From: an uncultured delta proteobacterium
GTDB lineage: Bacteria > Desulfobacterota > Binatia > JACPRU01
Direction of reading: 5' to 3'
Assembly: GCA_963745025.1 (NCBI GenBank)
Contig: CAVUWD010000015.1
Location: forward strand, 1 to 64,000
Length of the DNA: 64,000 bases
Part shown: piece after piece, positions 44,073 to 54,494 of the stretch
How positions within the stretch are numbered: the stretch's first letter is position 1
Layout: every line of letters starts with the position of its first letter
Position numbers and translations under genes: made by a program
The notes under the pieces: model-generated
Seen by the model: the letters and a program-made list of their open reading frames with translations, nothing else
Database searches by the model: none
What the model was told of the DNA's origin: nothing

Positions 44073-44180
44073 GTCCGCCTGCGGCAGCGAGAGGACCTTG
44101 ACCTCGAGCGGCGCACGATCCGGATCTGGCGGGTGAAAAACGGTTACTCGGGGGAGAAGCCGCTGTTTCGGACGCTCGCT
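44073..44180 (+). pseudogene. Tyrosine recombinase (FimB/XerD-like) fragment from upstream of the catalytic HxxR region
   Basis: LRQREDLDLERRTIRIWRVKNGYSGEKPLFR resembles the FimB/FimE segment carrying the catalytic Lys. Confidence 0.6.
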
Positions 44181-44316
44181 ATGCCACCCTCGCCGATCTC
44201 CCTCCCAACCGGAGCCTTCGCGCTCGGCGAGACGATCTTCGTCGTGGTCGGTTTCGCTTCCACTTCCACGTGCATGGAATTGTCCCTGCTACCTGGTGGC
44301 GAGCCAAAGCGCGCCG

Positions 44317-45126
44317 CTACTGCGGCTTCACCTCGATGGTGGTCTTCTTGACGGTGATCCAATCGTCGATGACGTCGTCGAGAGTGCCGTCCTTCCTCCA
44401 GCGCTTGAGGATGTTGTTGAGCTGCGCCAGCAGCTCCGGGTTGTCCTTTGGCACCGCCCAGGCAAGATACTCGGTGGTCAGCGGCCGGTAGAGCCCCGTC
44501 AGCGTCGGGTGCTCGTTCATGAAGCCGCCGGTGACACGCCACACCGCCGGCGCATCCTGGATGAAGAAATCGATCTGGTCGTTCTCCAACGCCGCGACGC
44601 CTTCTCCGGTGTCGGTATAGCCGTGCAGCTTGGCCTTCTTCAGATTCGCGCGCGCCCACTGCTCACCGGTGGTGCGCGAGACGTAGCCGACGCGCGACTT
44701 CGGCCGGTCCATCGCCTTCGGATCGCGCAGGGCGGGGTAGTCCGCCTTGCGCACGATCACCATCTGCCCGACGGTCAGGTACGGCTCGGTGAAGTTGACC
44801 TTCTCCTTGCGCTCCTCAGTGATCGACGTGCCCGACATCACCATGTCGATCTTTTTCGCTTCTAGCGCCGGGCCGAGCTCCTCCCACTCCGTTTCGACGA
44901 TCTCCACCTTGCGGTTGAGCGCGCTGCGGAGCCGCTTGGCGAAATCCACCTCGATGCCCTTGAGCTTCCCGTTCTGCTTGAACGCCAGTGGCGGATAGTT
45001 CGGTGCCATGCCGACGCGCAACGGCGGCAACTCTTCGGCGGTCGCGCCGCGGCCCAGCGCCGCCACCAGCGCCAGAGCCATCGCAGCGCGCCTCAGGGGA
45101 ATACTCGACCGCACGTCGTACATCAT
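44317..45126 (-). CDS. Polar amino-acid ABC transporter substrate-binding protein (no permease nearby)
   Basis: Signal peptide, LRVG..NYPPL, GIEVD, IDMVMSGTSITEERK..VNFTEPY motifs. Confidence 0.9.
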   Translation of the reverse strand: MMYDVRSSIPLRRAAMALALVAALGRGATAEELPPLRVGMAPNYPPLAFKQNGKLKGIEVDFAKRLRSALNRKVEIVETEWEELGPALEAKKIDMVMSGTSITEERKEKVNFTEPYLTVGQMVIVRKADYPALRDPKAMDRPKSRVGYVSRTTGEQWARANLKKAKLHGYTDTGEGVAALENDQIDFFIQDAPAVWRVTGGFMNEHPTLTGLYRPLTTEYLAWAVPKDNPELLAQLNNILKRWRKDGTLDDVIDDWITVKKTTIEVKPQ

Positions 45127-45586
45127 CTCCTTCCCTCCCTGCGCGGCCCGAGCTTTCTCGCAAGCGACCGCCGCCTGTCAATCCGACACGCGAGCACGTC
45201 GGACGCTCTCTGACCTCCACGGTGAAGGCCGCCCTCGAGGCTCGCCGGTCGCAGGCGGGAAAGCTCGGCGTGGAGCGCGCACGTGGTCTCAGCGCAGCCG
45301 CGTGCTAGAGAGCGGGTGAAGGCGTCCAGAGTCCCTGTCGTCCAGAGAAGAGTGGGAACAATCGCGCAGAAGCGCGGGTTCTCAACCGCGCCGAGCGTGA
45401 TCGTCAGCCTCGTTGGAACCCTCTGAACTGCGGCGGTTGGCGCCGTCGGTCCCGCGTTCGCCGAGATCGCTGGCCCGCGCTTTTCGACGCGCGTTTCCAC
45501 TGTTAGAGAAGAACAGGTGTGCGTCGCTGTCGCCGCGTCGCCACCGACGTCGCCAAGACCACGAGCCGAGATCCCGGGAGGAAAGT

Positions 45587-46582
45587 ATGGGCGCCAACAA
45601 GCAATGGATTTATGCGCGCAAGCCAGTCGCAGAAGTCGGTCCTGAGAACTTCGAGCTTCGCGAGACCGAGATGCCCGAAGCGAAAGCCGGGGAAGTGCTG
45701 GTCCGTTCGACGCTGCTTTCGCTGGATCCGGCAAGCCGGGCCTGGATGCAGGGCACGACGTATCGCTCTCAACTCAATCCTGGTGAGGTCATGGCCGGCT
45801 GGGGTGTGGGCGAAGTGGTCTCCTCCACCACGAAGGGCTTCGCGCCCGGCGACCTGGTCAGCGGCGAATTCGGCTGGCAGCAATACGCCGCCCTGCCCGC
45901 CAGTCTGCTGACGAAGCATGATCGCAAACACAAGCCCGAGCATATTCTAGGAGTGCTCGGCATCACCGGGCTCACCGCCTATTTCGGCATGCTCGATGTG
46001 GGACGGCCGCGCCCAGGGGAGACCGTCCTCGTCTCGGGCGCGGCGGGCGCCGTCGGATCGGTTGCCGGCCAGATTGCCAAGATCAACGGTTGCCGCGTGG
46101 TCGGGACCACGCGCGGGGCCGACAAGTGCCGATGGATCGTTGATGAGGTCGGCTTCGATGCCGCCGTCGACTACACAGGCGAAAATCTCGACAAAGCCCT
46201 CAAGGCAGCCTGCCCAAACGGAATCGACGTCTATTTCGACAATACCGGCGGTGATGTGCTGGCTGCCGCACTGCGCCGCATGAATCCCTTTGGCCGTGTG
46301 TCGTGCTGCGGCGCCATTTCGCAGTACAACACGAGCACGCCCGCGCCTGGGCCGTTCGGCGTGCCCGGCTTTCTCGTCACCAAGCGCATCCGCATGGAAG
46401 GCTTCATCGTAATGGACTTCTACAACCGGCGCGCACAGGCCGAAGCCGCCCTCGCGCGCTGGGTCGCCGAGGGCAGACTGAAGGCGGCAGTCGACGTCAT
46501 CGAGGGCTTCGCGAAAATGCCCGCAGCGCTCGCTGGTATGTTCGCGGGGAAGAATCGCGGCAAGCTGATGATCCGCGTATGA
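45587..46582 (+). CDS. NADP-dependent oxidoreductase (CurA/YncB, MDR family)
   Basis: LSLDP, LGITGLTAYFG, VSGAAGAVGS, GIDVYFDN, CGAISQYN, GKNRGK motifs. Confidence 0.93.
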   Translation: MGANKQWIYARKPVAEVGPENFELRETEMPEAKAGEVLVRSTLLSLDPASRAWMQGTTYRSQLNPGEVMAGWGVGEVVSSTTKGFAPGDLVSGEFGWQQYAALPASLLTKHDRKHKPEHILGVLGITGLTAYFGMLDVGRPRPGETVLVSGAAGAVGSVAGQIAKINGCRVVGTTRGADKCRWIVDEVGFDAAVDYTGENLDKALKAACPNGIDVYFDNTGGDVLAAALRRMNPFGRVSCCGAISQYNTSTPAPGPFGVPGFLVTKRIRMEGFIVMDFYNRRAQAEAALARWVAEGRLKAAVDVIEGFAKMPAALAGMFAGKNRGKLMIRV

Positions 46583-47142
46583 CGGGCAAGATGGGCGACG
46601 GAAGGGTCGCTCGTCTGGGTACCCGAAGATCACCAACCGGCTCACAGTCGGTGCGCGCGCAAGCGGCGTATCTCCGACGGGGAGATGCCGACACGCCCGA
46701 GCCTAGGGCGAGGACAGCTCCGCGACGGACAACTGTCAGGCGGTAACCAATCCGCGGATATCAGCAGGATCAATCGTCACTAGAACCGGCGCCGCCGAAA
46801 AGGGCGACTCGACGAAGAACTCACGGATCAGTGAGGCGGGACCACTGTCGCCAGTTGACAAACAACAGCCATATCAACGCTTGGCGAGTAAAATGAATCT
46901 GCCGTGTCTCGTTGTAGTCCTTTGTGCCAGGTGGGATACGAGACGGATGAAGCGCGTGAACAGGGCGGCGATCTTTTCGCGAAGAAAGCGCTCAGGAACT
47001 TGATAGTTTGCGAGCGATTGGGCCGGTAGGCAGCGAGAAATCGTCGAACCAACATGCCGCCGCAATCAAGCTCATCCAAAACCGCAACGTGCAGCCGAGG
47101 CTGCCGGTCGATCGTCACCTCAAAGCGCGATATCATCGAGAC

Positions 47143-47781
47143 GTGAACGCGAATCGCACAGAGCGCGATTTCGGCCTCGCCGACCTCGCGGACGAAGCAT
47201 GGAAGCCCGCCGCCGAACTGGGCCTGCTCCTGGTCGATCGTGTCTTCTGGGGCTTCGGCGTGCGCCGGGGCGACGGGCGGCCCGTGCTCGTGCTGCCAGG
47301 GCTCTATGGCGGAGACCGCTACTTGGGTCCGCTGCGCGACTGGCTTCGCCGGATGGGCTACGGCCCTGTGCCTTCTGGTCTAGACCGAAATCCAGGATGG
47401 TCGGAGCCGCTGGTCAACGACCTGGGAGAACTGGCGGAAGCCCACTTTCGGCGGAGCGGTCAGCGGGTGACGATCATCGGCCACAGCATGGGTGGCTTGC
47501 AGGGACGTGCGGTAGCGGCTCGCCGCACACGAGCCGTCCGCCACGTGATCGCGCTCGGTTCACCCTTGACGATGGCCCGAGGCCGCTTACCGGACGAGGT
47601 GCGGATCACCGCGATTTACAGCCGAGGCGACCGCATCGTGCGCTATCCTGCGGCGATGGAGCGCGATCCCCGGGCAACGAACATCGAAGTGCCCGGTAGC
47701 CACATCGGGCTGACCTTCAATCCAGCGGTGTACCGTGTGCTCGCCCGCATCCTGTCGGAGCCGGACCGGGAAGTGATTTGA
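47143..47781 (+). CDS. Alpha/beta hydrolase (esterase/lipase-like)
   Basis: PVLVLPG, GHSMGG nucleophile elbow, D.IV and SHIG catalytic motifs. Confidence 0.85.
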   Translation: MNANRTERDFGLADLADEAWKPAAELGLLLVDRVFWGFGVRRGDGRPVLVLPGLYGGDRYLGPLRDWLRRMGYGPVPSGLDRNPGWSEPLVNDLGELAEAHFRRSGQRVTIIGHSMGGLQGRAVAARRTRAVRHVIALGSPLTMARGRLPDEVRITAIYSRGDRIVRYPAAMERDPRATNIEVPGSHIGLTFNPAVYRVLARILSEPDREVI

Positions 47782-47832
47782 GCACCGAACGCGGGCCGAC
47801 CCTTTGGCCGTCTCGCCGGATTCACGTCCGCG

Positions 47833-47886
47833 CTTCTCACCTTCGAACGACCTCCTGAACGACCTCCCGGCGACAGCGCGCAGCGG
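47833..47886. repeat. Dispersed 54-bp repeat, copy 2
   Basis: Matches 15622-15675; contains GAACGACCTCC twice at 12-bp period. Confidence 0.85.
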
Positions 47887-47968
47887 GGCGAGAGGATAGC
47901 CGGGACAAGCGGCCGAGTTGACGTAAAGCCTCAATCTCCGACGCTGCCCAAACACGAGACGCCCATTT

Positions 47969-48625
47969 CTACGGCTCGGCCGTCGTGTCCTGCAGCACGA
48001 AATCGATCGGCGTGCCCTTCTCGACGACGCGGAACATGATGGGCATTGCCTGGTTGTCGAGCCAGACGTCCTGCCGCTTGTCGCCCAAGACGACGAAGTG
48101 TCGGGCGGAGACCGGAATGCCATTAATGGAAATCGTTTCGTAGTCGCCGCCGGATATGTGAACGGCGATGATCCTGCCCGTGTCCGTGAAAACCATCGTC
48201 CCCTCGCCGGTGCGCTTGAGGACCCATGGGTCCGAGGGGGCGATGGTCGCCGGACCGGCGAATGAGCCAGCCGTCGCATTCACCACGAACTGGTCGCCTT
48301 GAGCCTCGCCATGCACTTCGGCGTGCTGGCCGTCCTTCTCAGTCACACTTTGCAGAGAAACCAGCCGATTACCGCGCATGATCTCGGTGATGTCGGACTC
48401 TTGCCGATAGACGACGATGCCCAGAAAGGTCACCGCCACGCGCAGACGTGAGTCGATACGCGTCGCTTCGCGGCTGCGGTCGATGGTGTCGGTGAAAGTG
48501 CCGATGTCGCCGTAAGTCGGATGTATGATGGAGTACGTGTAGATTTGCTGTTCTGCCAGCGCCGGCGTAGCGCCCGCTGTGATGCTCAAACCGATTGCGA
48601 TGGCAATTGCCCTGACTCGAGTCAT
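47969..48625 (-). CDS. Secreted DUF6134-like beta-rich protein
   Basis: Signal peptide ending ALA; IGTFT..I.R, V.FLGIVVYR, V.ARHF, DVWLD pattern. Confidence 0.7.
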   Translation of the reverse strand: MTRVRAIAIAIGLSITAGATPALAEQQIYTYSIIHPTYGDIGTFTDTIDRSREATRIDSRLRVAVTFLGIVVYRQESDITEIMRGNRLVSLQSVTEKDGQHAEVHGEAQGDQFVVNATAGSFAGPATIAPSDPWVLKRTGEGTMVFTDTGRIIAVHISGGDYETISINGIPVSARHFVVLGDKRQDVWLDNQAMPIMFRVVEKGTPIDFVLQDTTAEP

Positions 48626-48724
48626 CGGATGTCCCCCTCTCCCGTCGACTCGACGGAATCGCCATAGGCGCCGGTGGGGGGGTTTACACATGGATCCATG
48701 GCCGCTCGCGACGCCTGGGCGACC

Positions 48725-49858
48725 TCAGAAGTATATGTGGGCCCCGAACCCTACATATTGGATCGTCCGTTCGAAGAACTGCCCGTTCGGCGAGTTGCCG
48801 TCATAGTACTCGCCGAGGAGCTGTAGCTTCGTACTCTTGAATCTCGGGCTCTCGAGCTGGACGCCGGCGCGTACCGAAACGTCGGTATCCCAGTTCGTGT
48901 CCTCGTGGTTCTGGACGTCGACAGCCGCCAGCGGGCGGACCACCTCGCCGAGAAACGTCCACGGGCTTTCGAGCTCCGCGCCGACTTGGGTCGACCAGGG
49001 CTCCAAGTTCGACGGATCCGCATCGAACAGGTATCCGGCGCCGCCGTAGACTCGCAGCCATCGGCCGAACTCCTGCGAGAGGACCGTGTCGAATTCCTCG
49101 TAGCTCAGGTTCACGCGCTTCACGCTGGTGTTTTGCAGCAGGAACTCGTCGCCAAGATGCGAGCTCTGGTGAAACACTCTGGTGAGCACCGAGAAGCCGC
49201 CGAGCCGATAGACGAGCGGAATGCCTACGAAGTAGTCGGCGTTGATCAGGTCCTTCGAGGCAGCGTCGAGGTTGAAGATCGTAAACACCCCGGCCTGGAG
49301 GCTGAACTCCCACTGCCCGGCGGGAAGATCGCCGCGCAGGATCGGAAAGGTCTCCCCGAAGCTCGCCGCGCCCACGTTCTTCAGGGCCGGGTCGTTGATG
49401 TAATATTGGTACGCGACGGAGAAATGCGGCCACCTCGGGTCCGCGAGCAGCGGGCGGAAGAGCATCTCCCGGTGGGAGAGAAACACGAACTGCGGACGCC
49501 CGACCCGCGCCGACGTCGTCCCGCCCTCGCGGCTCGCGGTCGCTGGCTGAGAAGCCGCACCGACTTGGGCTTGGCTCGCGATCTCGACGCGCACCACACC
49601 GCGGATCGCCGAAAGCGAGCTCACGATCTTGTCCCGTGATTCGCCTGGAAGCTCGTCGGCGACCAGCGTCACGACGCCATCCTTCACCGTGATCGTAGCC
49701 GACTTGACGTCGAACTCGCGCTCGAGGACTGCCGAGGCGTAGCCGGAGATGTAGGAATCCTCCGTGGGGCTCGCAAAAGTGGGACCGACAGAGACGAGCA
49801 GCACCAACAGAGTCCCCAGGGCCAGCTTTCGCCGCAACACCATCAACACGACCATCAC
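48725..49858 (-). CDS. DUF1207 outer-membrane protein with BON-like N-terminal domain
   Basis: VKDGVVTL..GVVRV; FRPLLADPRWP, LINADY, HQSSHLGDEF, GNSPNGQF; C-terminal Phe. Confidence 0.85.
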   Translation of the reverse strand: MMVVLMVLRRKLALGTLLVLLVSVGPTFASPTEDSYISGYASAVLEREFDVKSATITVKDGVVTLVADELPGESRDKIVSSLSAIRGVVRVEIASQAQVGAASQPATASREGGTTSARVGRPQFVFLSHREMLFRPLLADPRWPHFSVAYQYYINDPALKNVGAASFGETFPILRGDLPAGQWEFSLQAGVFTIFNLDAASKDLINADYFVGIPLVYRLGGFSVLTRVFHQSSHLGDEFLLQNTSVKRVNLSYEEFDTVLSQEFGRWLRVYGGAGYLFDADPSNLEPWSTQVGAELESPWTFLGEVVRPLAAVDVQNHEDTNWDTDVSVRAGVQLESPRFKSTKLQLLGEYYDGNSPNGQFFERTIQYVGFGAHIYF

Positions 49859-49916
49859 GACCTCCTCCTTCTCATTGTCGAACGCGTCAGGGACGCAGAC
49901 GGCAGCCGCAGCAGCA

Positions 49917-50162
49917 TCAGCGGCGAGCGACGGCGCGGTAGGCGGCGAGCAACAAGATGCTGCCGACCACGGCGCCGATGAAGCCCGCCCCCTCGCCGGC
50001 GCGGTAGAAACCGAAGAAGTGTCCGAGGTATGTGGCGATGATCGAACCGGCGATACCGATCAGCACCGTCACGACGATGCCACCCGGATCATCGCCCGGC
50101 ATCAAGAACTTCGCCACGGCACCGACCAACAGGCCAATGAGAATCACCCATACAAGTACCAT
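49917..50162 (-). CDS. GlsB/YeaQ/YmgE family stress-response membrane protein
   Basis: ILIGLLVGAVAKFLMPGDDPGG..IGIAGS..GFIGAVVGSILLL. Confidence 0.93.
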   Translation of the reverse strand: MVLVWVILIGLLVGAVAKFLMPGDDPGGIVVTVLIGIAGSIIATYLGHFFGFYRAGEGAGFIGAVVGSILLLAAYRAVARR

Positions 50163-50193
50163 GTGCCTCTACCCCCTCATGCTCTTCGATCGC

Positions 50194-51021
50194 TCATTTC
50201 CGGTCCTGCCAGATGAAGTCCCAGGGATTACGGTACGTCCGCTCGCGGCTGGCCGTGGCGAGCGTTTCGGCGGTGAGCCTCCGGATCCAGATCGGATCGC
50301 CGTTCGAGCTCCGCACGGTGAGCGTCGAGCCGGGCGGAATGCGCACGTCGAGCGACGTGCCGTCGCCGTCCCAGTCCTTGGCGACGTCGGTGCGCCAGAC
50401 CAGTCGGTCGTTCACGTAGATCTCCGCGTTGGCGCCGCGGCCGAAGTCACGCCATTCGCCGTCGAGGCGGCTGATGACTGCGATGTCGCGCGGGATCCTG
50501 AACGTCAGGGAATCGCGCGGAGTGGGGCAAGGCCTGCCGGAGCGCCCGGTCCCGACACAGGTTTCTTGGTCGATGAAGGAGATGCGCCCTCCGGAGCCTA
50601 CCGTGCCTCCGCTCGGAGGCGGTGCAGATTCGCTTGCGTACGACCTGACGAGCAGGTCTGCCTCGGCGAGATCCTCTTGGAGATGCGACACCAGGAAGGT
50701 GGTGCGCGGGTCATCGCGCCGCGCGCTTCGGCGAGCCGCCTCGAAGGAGCTGCGGACCTCGCGCCAGTCGTCGTCCAGGTGTTTGCGTCCCCGCCCGAGC
50801 GATTCTTCGAATGTATGCGCACGATCGTGAAAGGCCTGGGCCGGGCGGCTCGAGGCGACGTCCACGAGGAGCGCTGCGCCGCCGGTGATCTGCGCGGCGA
50901 GCTCGCGGAGGTCGCGCCGCGTGTGTCCCGGCGGGCTGTCGTCGCGATCATCGGCGACGACGGCCGAGGAAAGACCGAGCAGCAGAACGATAACTGAGAG
51001 GATTGGGAGAACTGGTCTCAT
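50194..51021 (-). CDS. Secreted hypothetical protein (helical domain plus beta domain)
   Basis: Signal peptide MRPVLPILSVIVLLLGLSSAVVA; 275 aa open frame; co-oriented with neighbours. Confidence 0.65.
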   Translation of the reverse strand: MRPVLPILSVIVLLLGLSSAVVADDRDDSPPGHTRRDLRELAAQITGGAALLVDVASSRPAQAFHDRAHTFEESLGRGRKHLDDDWREVRSSFEAARRSARRDDPRTTFLVSHLQEDLAEADLLVRSYASESAPPPSGGTVGSGGRISFIDQETCVGTGRSGRPCPTPRDSLTFRIPRDIAVISRLDGEWRDFGRGANAEIYVNDRLVWRTDVAKDWDGDGTSLDVRIPPGSTLTVRSSNGDPIWIRRLTAETLATASRERTYRNPWDFIWQDRK

Positions 51022-51176
51022 TTGAGCTTCTTTCATTTTAAAGCATATCGACTCATCTCGCGCTGCTAGGCGAGGGCAGCCAGTGCCACCGTGCCGTTGC
51101 GACGGCCGTCGCGGCTGCAGTCCTTCGCAGGTCAGTCGTCCGCGACCTGAAGTTAAGCGGCTGCCCGGCACTGCTA

Positions 51177-51668
51177 CTACCCCCACCACGACGACCGGTG
51201 ATGGGCGCGATAAGCATGAGCCGGCTCCCGATAGTATCCGTCGTCGTACGAGTTCGAGAACTCGTCGTAGTCGTCGCGGTCGCGATAGTACCGGCCGTAG
51301 TTGTATCCTCGATCCCGGTACGGATTGAAGCCGCCGTAGTAGTCATCGCGGTCGTAGCGGCCGTAACCGTAGTACCCGCGGTACGAACCGCGATCTCGCC
51401 CATCGTATCTGGATCCGTCGTAGCCATAGGCATCGCGATCCGGGTAGCGGTAGACGCGATCGACGTGTCGACCGTTCGTGTAGTCGTGGTCGATGTGTTC
51501 ACCGTTCGGACCGTATTCGTGATCGACGTGTCGACCATACGAGCGATCATGGAAGACGTCTCCATCCTCGTGGCTCGTACCATCCTCGTAGGCAAAAGCA
51601 GGCGCTACAGACGTCAGGGCGAGGGGAAGAGCAAGGGCCATGAAACTTGCAAGAAGACGAATCTTCAC
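51177..51668 (-). CDS. Secreted Tyr/Asp/Gly/Arg-rich low-complexity protein
   Basis: GTG start, signal peptide ending APAFA; repeats GRHVDHEY/GEHIDHDY/GRHVDRVY and YGRYDRDDY/YGRYYRDRDDY. Confidence 0.7.
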   Translation of the reverse strand: MKIRLLASFMALALPLALTSVAPAFAYEDGTSHEDGDVFHDRSYGRHVDHEYGPNGEHIDHDYTNGRHVDRVYRYPDRDAYGYDGSRYDGRDRGSYRGYYGYGRYDRDDYYGGFNPYRDRGYNYGRYYRDRDDYDEFSNSYDDGYYREPAHAYRAHHRSSWWG

Positions 51669-51812
51669 AGGCGTTTTTCTCCTGGCTCGTAAACACGAGG
51701 AGCCTCCTCTCGTTGTTAGAGTTGCTAGGCTCGGCAAGTCGCCGGTTTCTTGCGAGATAGTGCGGGCCGTGCTCCGCAACTCCTTGCACACTACTGGTAG
51801 GAGTCGATTTCC

Positions 51813-52198
51813 GAGGTATTGTCAAAAGGTGTGGATCGGTGATTTAGTGCGCCACCTTCGCCTCCTGCTGGACGCCGTCCACGAGGAGGAACCCGGCGCG
51901 GACGAGCGGCAGCGGCCTTCACGCTGGTTGGAGCCGCTTCGGCAGCTTGTCGAGGATGTTGCCGAGCTTATGGAACCGATCCCGCTGCGTGCGGGTCTTC
52001 GGCCACACGTCGCGCACCGCTGCCCAGAAGCCGAGGGCGCCATCGCCCACGGCGACGACGGGCGCGTGCATGCCCCGGCGCTTCAGGTCTCGGAGCACGG
52101 TCTTCCAACTCTCGGCGCTCTCGCGGTAGCCGATCTTCGACCGTGATCAATTCCTTCGTCCCGTCCGGCCGCACGCCGATCATCCACGAGCGTGCAGA
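51813..52198 (-). mobile_element. IS256-family remnant with right end and internally deleted transposase
   Basis: Terminus GAGGTATTGTCAAAAGGTGTGG; IGVRPDGTKEL, RESAESW, GDGALGFW, LPLVRAG, VDGVQ fragments. Confidence 0.8.
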
Positions 52199-52199
52199 G

Positions 52200-52649
52200 G
52201 CGGTCGACCTCGATCTTCATCAAGGCGACGGCAACGCGAGCATCTTCGAGAACGCGGACGACGTGTTCACGTTGTCGATCCACGAGCAGTACCTCTTTCC
52301 GATGCCGAAGATGCGGAGCGACTTGGACATCGGATTGTCAGCCGGTACAGGCGACACGGACTACCTCCGTCATCTTGACGATGCGCTCGTCCACGTGCGC
52401 AACAACTTCGAGCCGCAGATCGTCGTCTACATCGCCGGCAGCGATCCCCACGAGGGCGATCCTCTTGGCTCGCTACGCCTCAGCAGGGCTGGACTTCTCG
52501 AACGTGACCGCCGGGTGGCGCGCTTCGCGGCGGCCGGACAGTGCGCGCTGGTTACTCTCCCAGCAGGCGGCTACTCCGATGAGAGCCCGGCGATCGCCGC
52601 CGCTGGGTTCCAGGCGATCGCCGAAATCGATGCGGGACACGCGACGTGA
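52200..52649 (+). pseudogene. Histone deacetylase superfamily protein, 5'-truncated
   Basis: DLDLHQGDG, FTLSIH, AGSDP..GDPLG, GGY motifs; N-terminus replaced by the IS256 fragment. Confidence 0.85.
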
Positions 52650-53020
52650 CGCTCGCCGTTGGTGTTGACGTCTCGGTCTCTCGCGGCATGGATCTCGTCC
52701 TGCTCGACGAGCACCGATGCTTGGTCGGGCCACCGCTTCGCCACCAGTCCCCGGAGGACCTCGGCCGCATCCTCGCCGAGCGGAAGCCGGACATCGTCGC
52801 GATCGACTCACCGCCGAAGTTCGGGGCCCACGGCGGGTCGCGCCTTGGTGAGCGAGAGCTGTTCCGGCTCGGTATCCGATGCTACTTCACGCCGTCCGAC
52901 AGCGAGAAGGCGAAGAGCAAGTTCTACGATTGGATGCGAGTCGGCTTCGCCGCCTTCGTCGCGGCCGTGCGTGCCGGCTGTCCGCTCTTCACCGGCAATG
53001 GGACGCTCCAAGGTTGCTCT
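52646..53020 (+). pseudogene. DUF429-like protein, 3'-truncated
   Basis: VGVDVS, IVAIDSPP, R.GERELFRLGIRCYFTP, WMRVG motifs. Confidence 0.7.
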
Positions 53021-53044
53021 GTCGGGCTTGGAGGTAGGCCACGG

Positions 53045-53214
53045 GCTCGGCTCCTCCACAATGCTCACCGCGTCGTGCCAACGCGCCTCGCGTAGAAGGA
53101 GGATTGCGCCGCCAACTGACTCCACCGCCAGCGTCGCTTCGCTCCGATCATGATCAACCGGAACTGCTGATCACGATGCCCCGGATTGAGCGATCACGAT
53201 GGGCGGAATGCGCA
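53045..53214 (+). mobile_element. IS21-family right end with istB C-terminal remnant
   Basis: RLLHNAHRVV remnant, then repeated GATCACGAT units ending GGAATGCGCA. Confidence 0.75.
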
Positions 53215-53358
53215 CCCCGCTTGGGTTGCGGGCGTCAAACCGGCGCTATGTAGCTTTCCGGCCCTTGTAGGCGGTATTCTCTCGGTTCGGCATGTCAGCT
53301 CCGGGCAATGGAGACATTCGCTTCGGCGACCATGATCCAAAACAGAAGAGGGTTCTAA

Positions 53359-53655
53359 ATGGCCGTGTACGGAATTGCGTTAATCAACATCGATGATCGC
53401 TCCGAGTACTCGAAGTACGAGCAGGGCTTCTTCGAAATCTTCTCCAAGTATCAGGGAGAACTACTCGCGGTCGACGAGGCGCCACGCGTCAAAGAAGGCG
53501 AATGGCCATTTACGCGGACAGTGATTGTCCGGTTTCCTTCCGAGGAAGCGTTCAATCGTTGGTACGGCTCCGACGAGTACCAGGCGCTTGCCCAATACCG
53601 ATTCCGCGCTTCATCGGCTCATCTCGCCGTGCTCAGCGCCTTTGAACCCGGCTGA
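53359..53655 (+). CDS. DUF1330 family protein
   Basis: EGEW..RTVIVRFPS...WY.SDEYQ motif. Confidence 0.9.
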   Translation: MAVYGIALINIDDRSEYSKYEQGFFEIFSKYQGELLAVDEAPRVKEGEWPFTRTVIVRFPSEEAFNRWYGSDEYQALAQYRFRASSAHLAVLSAFEPG

Positions 53656-54143
53656 TCCTGGAGTCGGGCTTCCTCATCTGATCGACGGACCGTAAGACGC
53701 GGTGCGCTACATCGATCAGGTATGATCGAGAGGTGTGGAAATAGAGAAAAGGTGGTACAGACCTTCCGAAACACGCCGAGGGCCACGTTTACCGCGGGTT
53801 CAGCAGCGACCAACGCTGCCGGACCGGATGGCATCATGGACGGGAAGGCCACGTTCAGTATCGGAACGACGAACGTCACCTTGGTTGCTGATCCTTCCTG
53901 CCGCAGCATGTCTCTCATCTATTTTCACGCGCCGGAATTCTTCTGAGTCATGCGAAAGTCGCCGCGTAGAAATCATTACGGCATTTGAATGCGCTCAGGG
54001 CTGCTGTACGGCGGGACTAATCATAGTGTTGGCGCTCGTGACGAAGGGATAGGCACGATGCCATTAAGGTTCGCGACAAGAACGGCAAGTGATGGCTCTT
54101 CGTCGACTGGCACGGCGAGCGGAATGCGGGAGAGGTCCGAGAC

Positions 54144-54461
54144 GTGACGAAAACGCGTCGCGAGAAGCGGATAGAGAAAACCTTCTCGCTCCACTGGGGA
54201 AGCGGGGTGATCGAGGAAGAAGTGCAGATCGTGACACCGTACCACGTGCCGACGATCCAGCTCCTCAAGTTTACGGCTGGACAGGCGGCGGGGAGCCGAG
54301 CGGTTCGCTTCTGCCACTACGACGCCCGCGGGCGCTTCCAGCGCTCGCCGCTGATCGTCGACGAGAAGGACATCAACATATTGGCGAACGCGCTGGAGAG
54401 GGCTCCGAAACTACGGACGATCCTGCTGGCGGCGCTTGGGTCCCGGCGCCGCAGAGCATAG
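54144..54461 (+). CDS. Hypothetical protein
   Basis: GTG start with GAGG RBS; 105 aa globular-looking sequence (WGSGVIEEE, PTIQLL, GRFQRSPL). Confidence 0.65.
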   Translation: MTKTRREKRIEKTFSLHWGSGVIEEEVQIVTPYHVPTIQLLKFTAGQAAGSRAVRFCHYDARGRFQRSPLIVDEKDINILANALERAPKLRTILLAALGSRRRRA

Positions 54462-54494
54462 CCGGAAGACGGCCCGATGACGGTGTCACAGGAA

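Noticed and set aside
46589-46950. Several small hairpins suggesting an ncRNA
   Set aside because: Short stems are expected in GC-rich DNA; no recognisable family motif.
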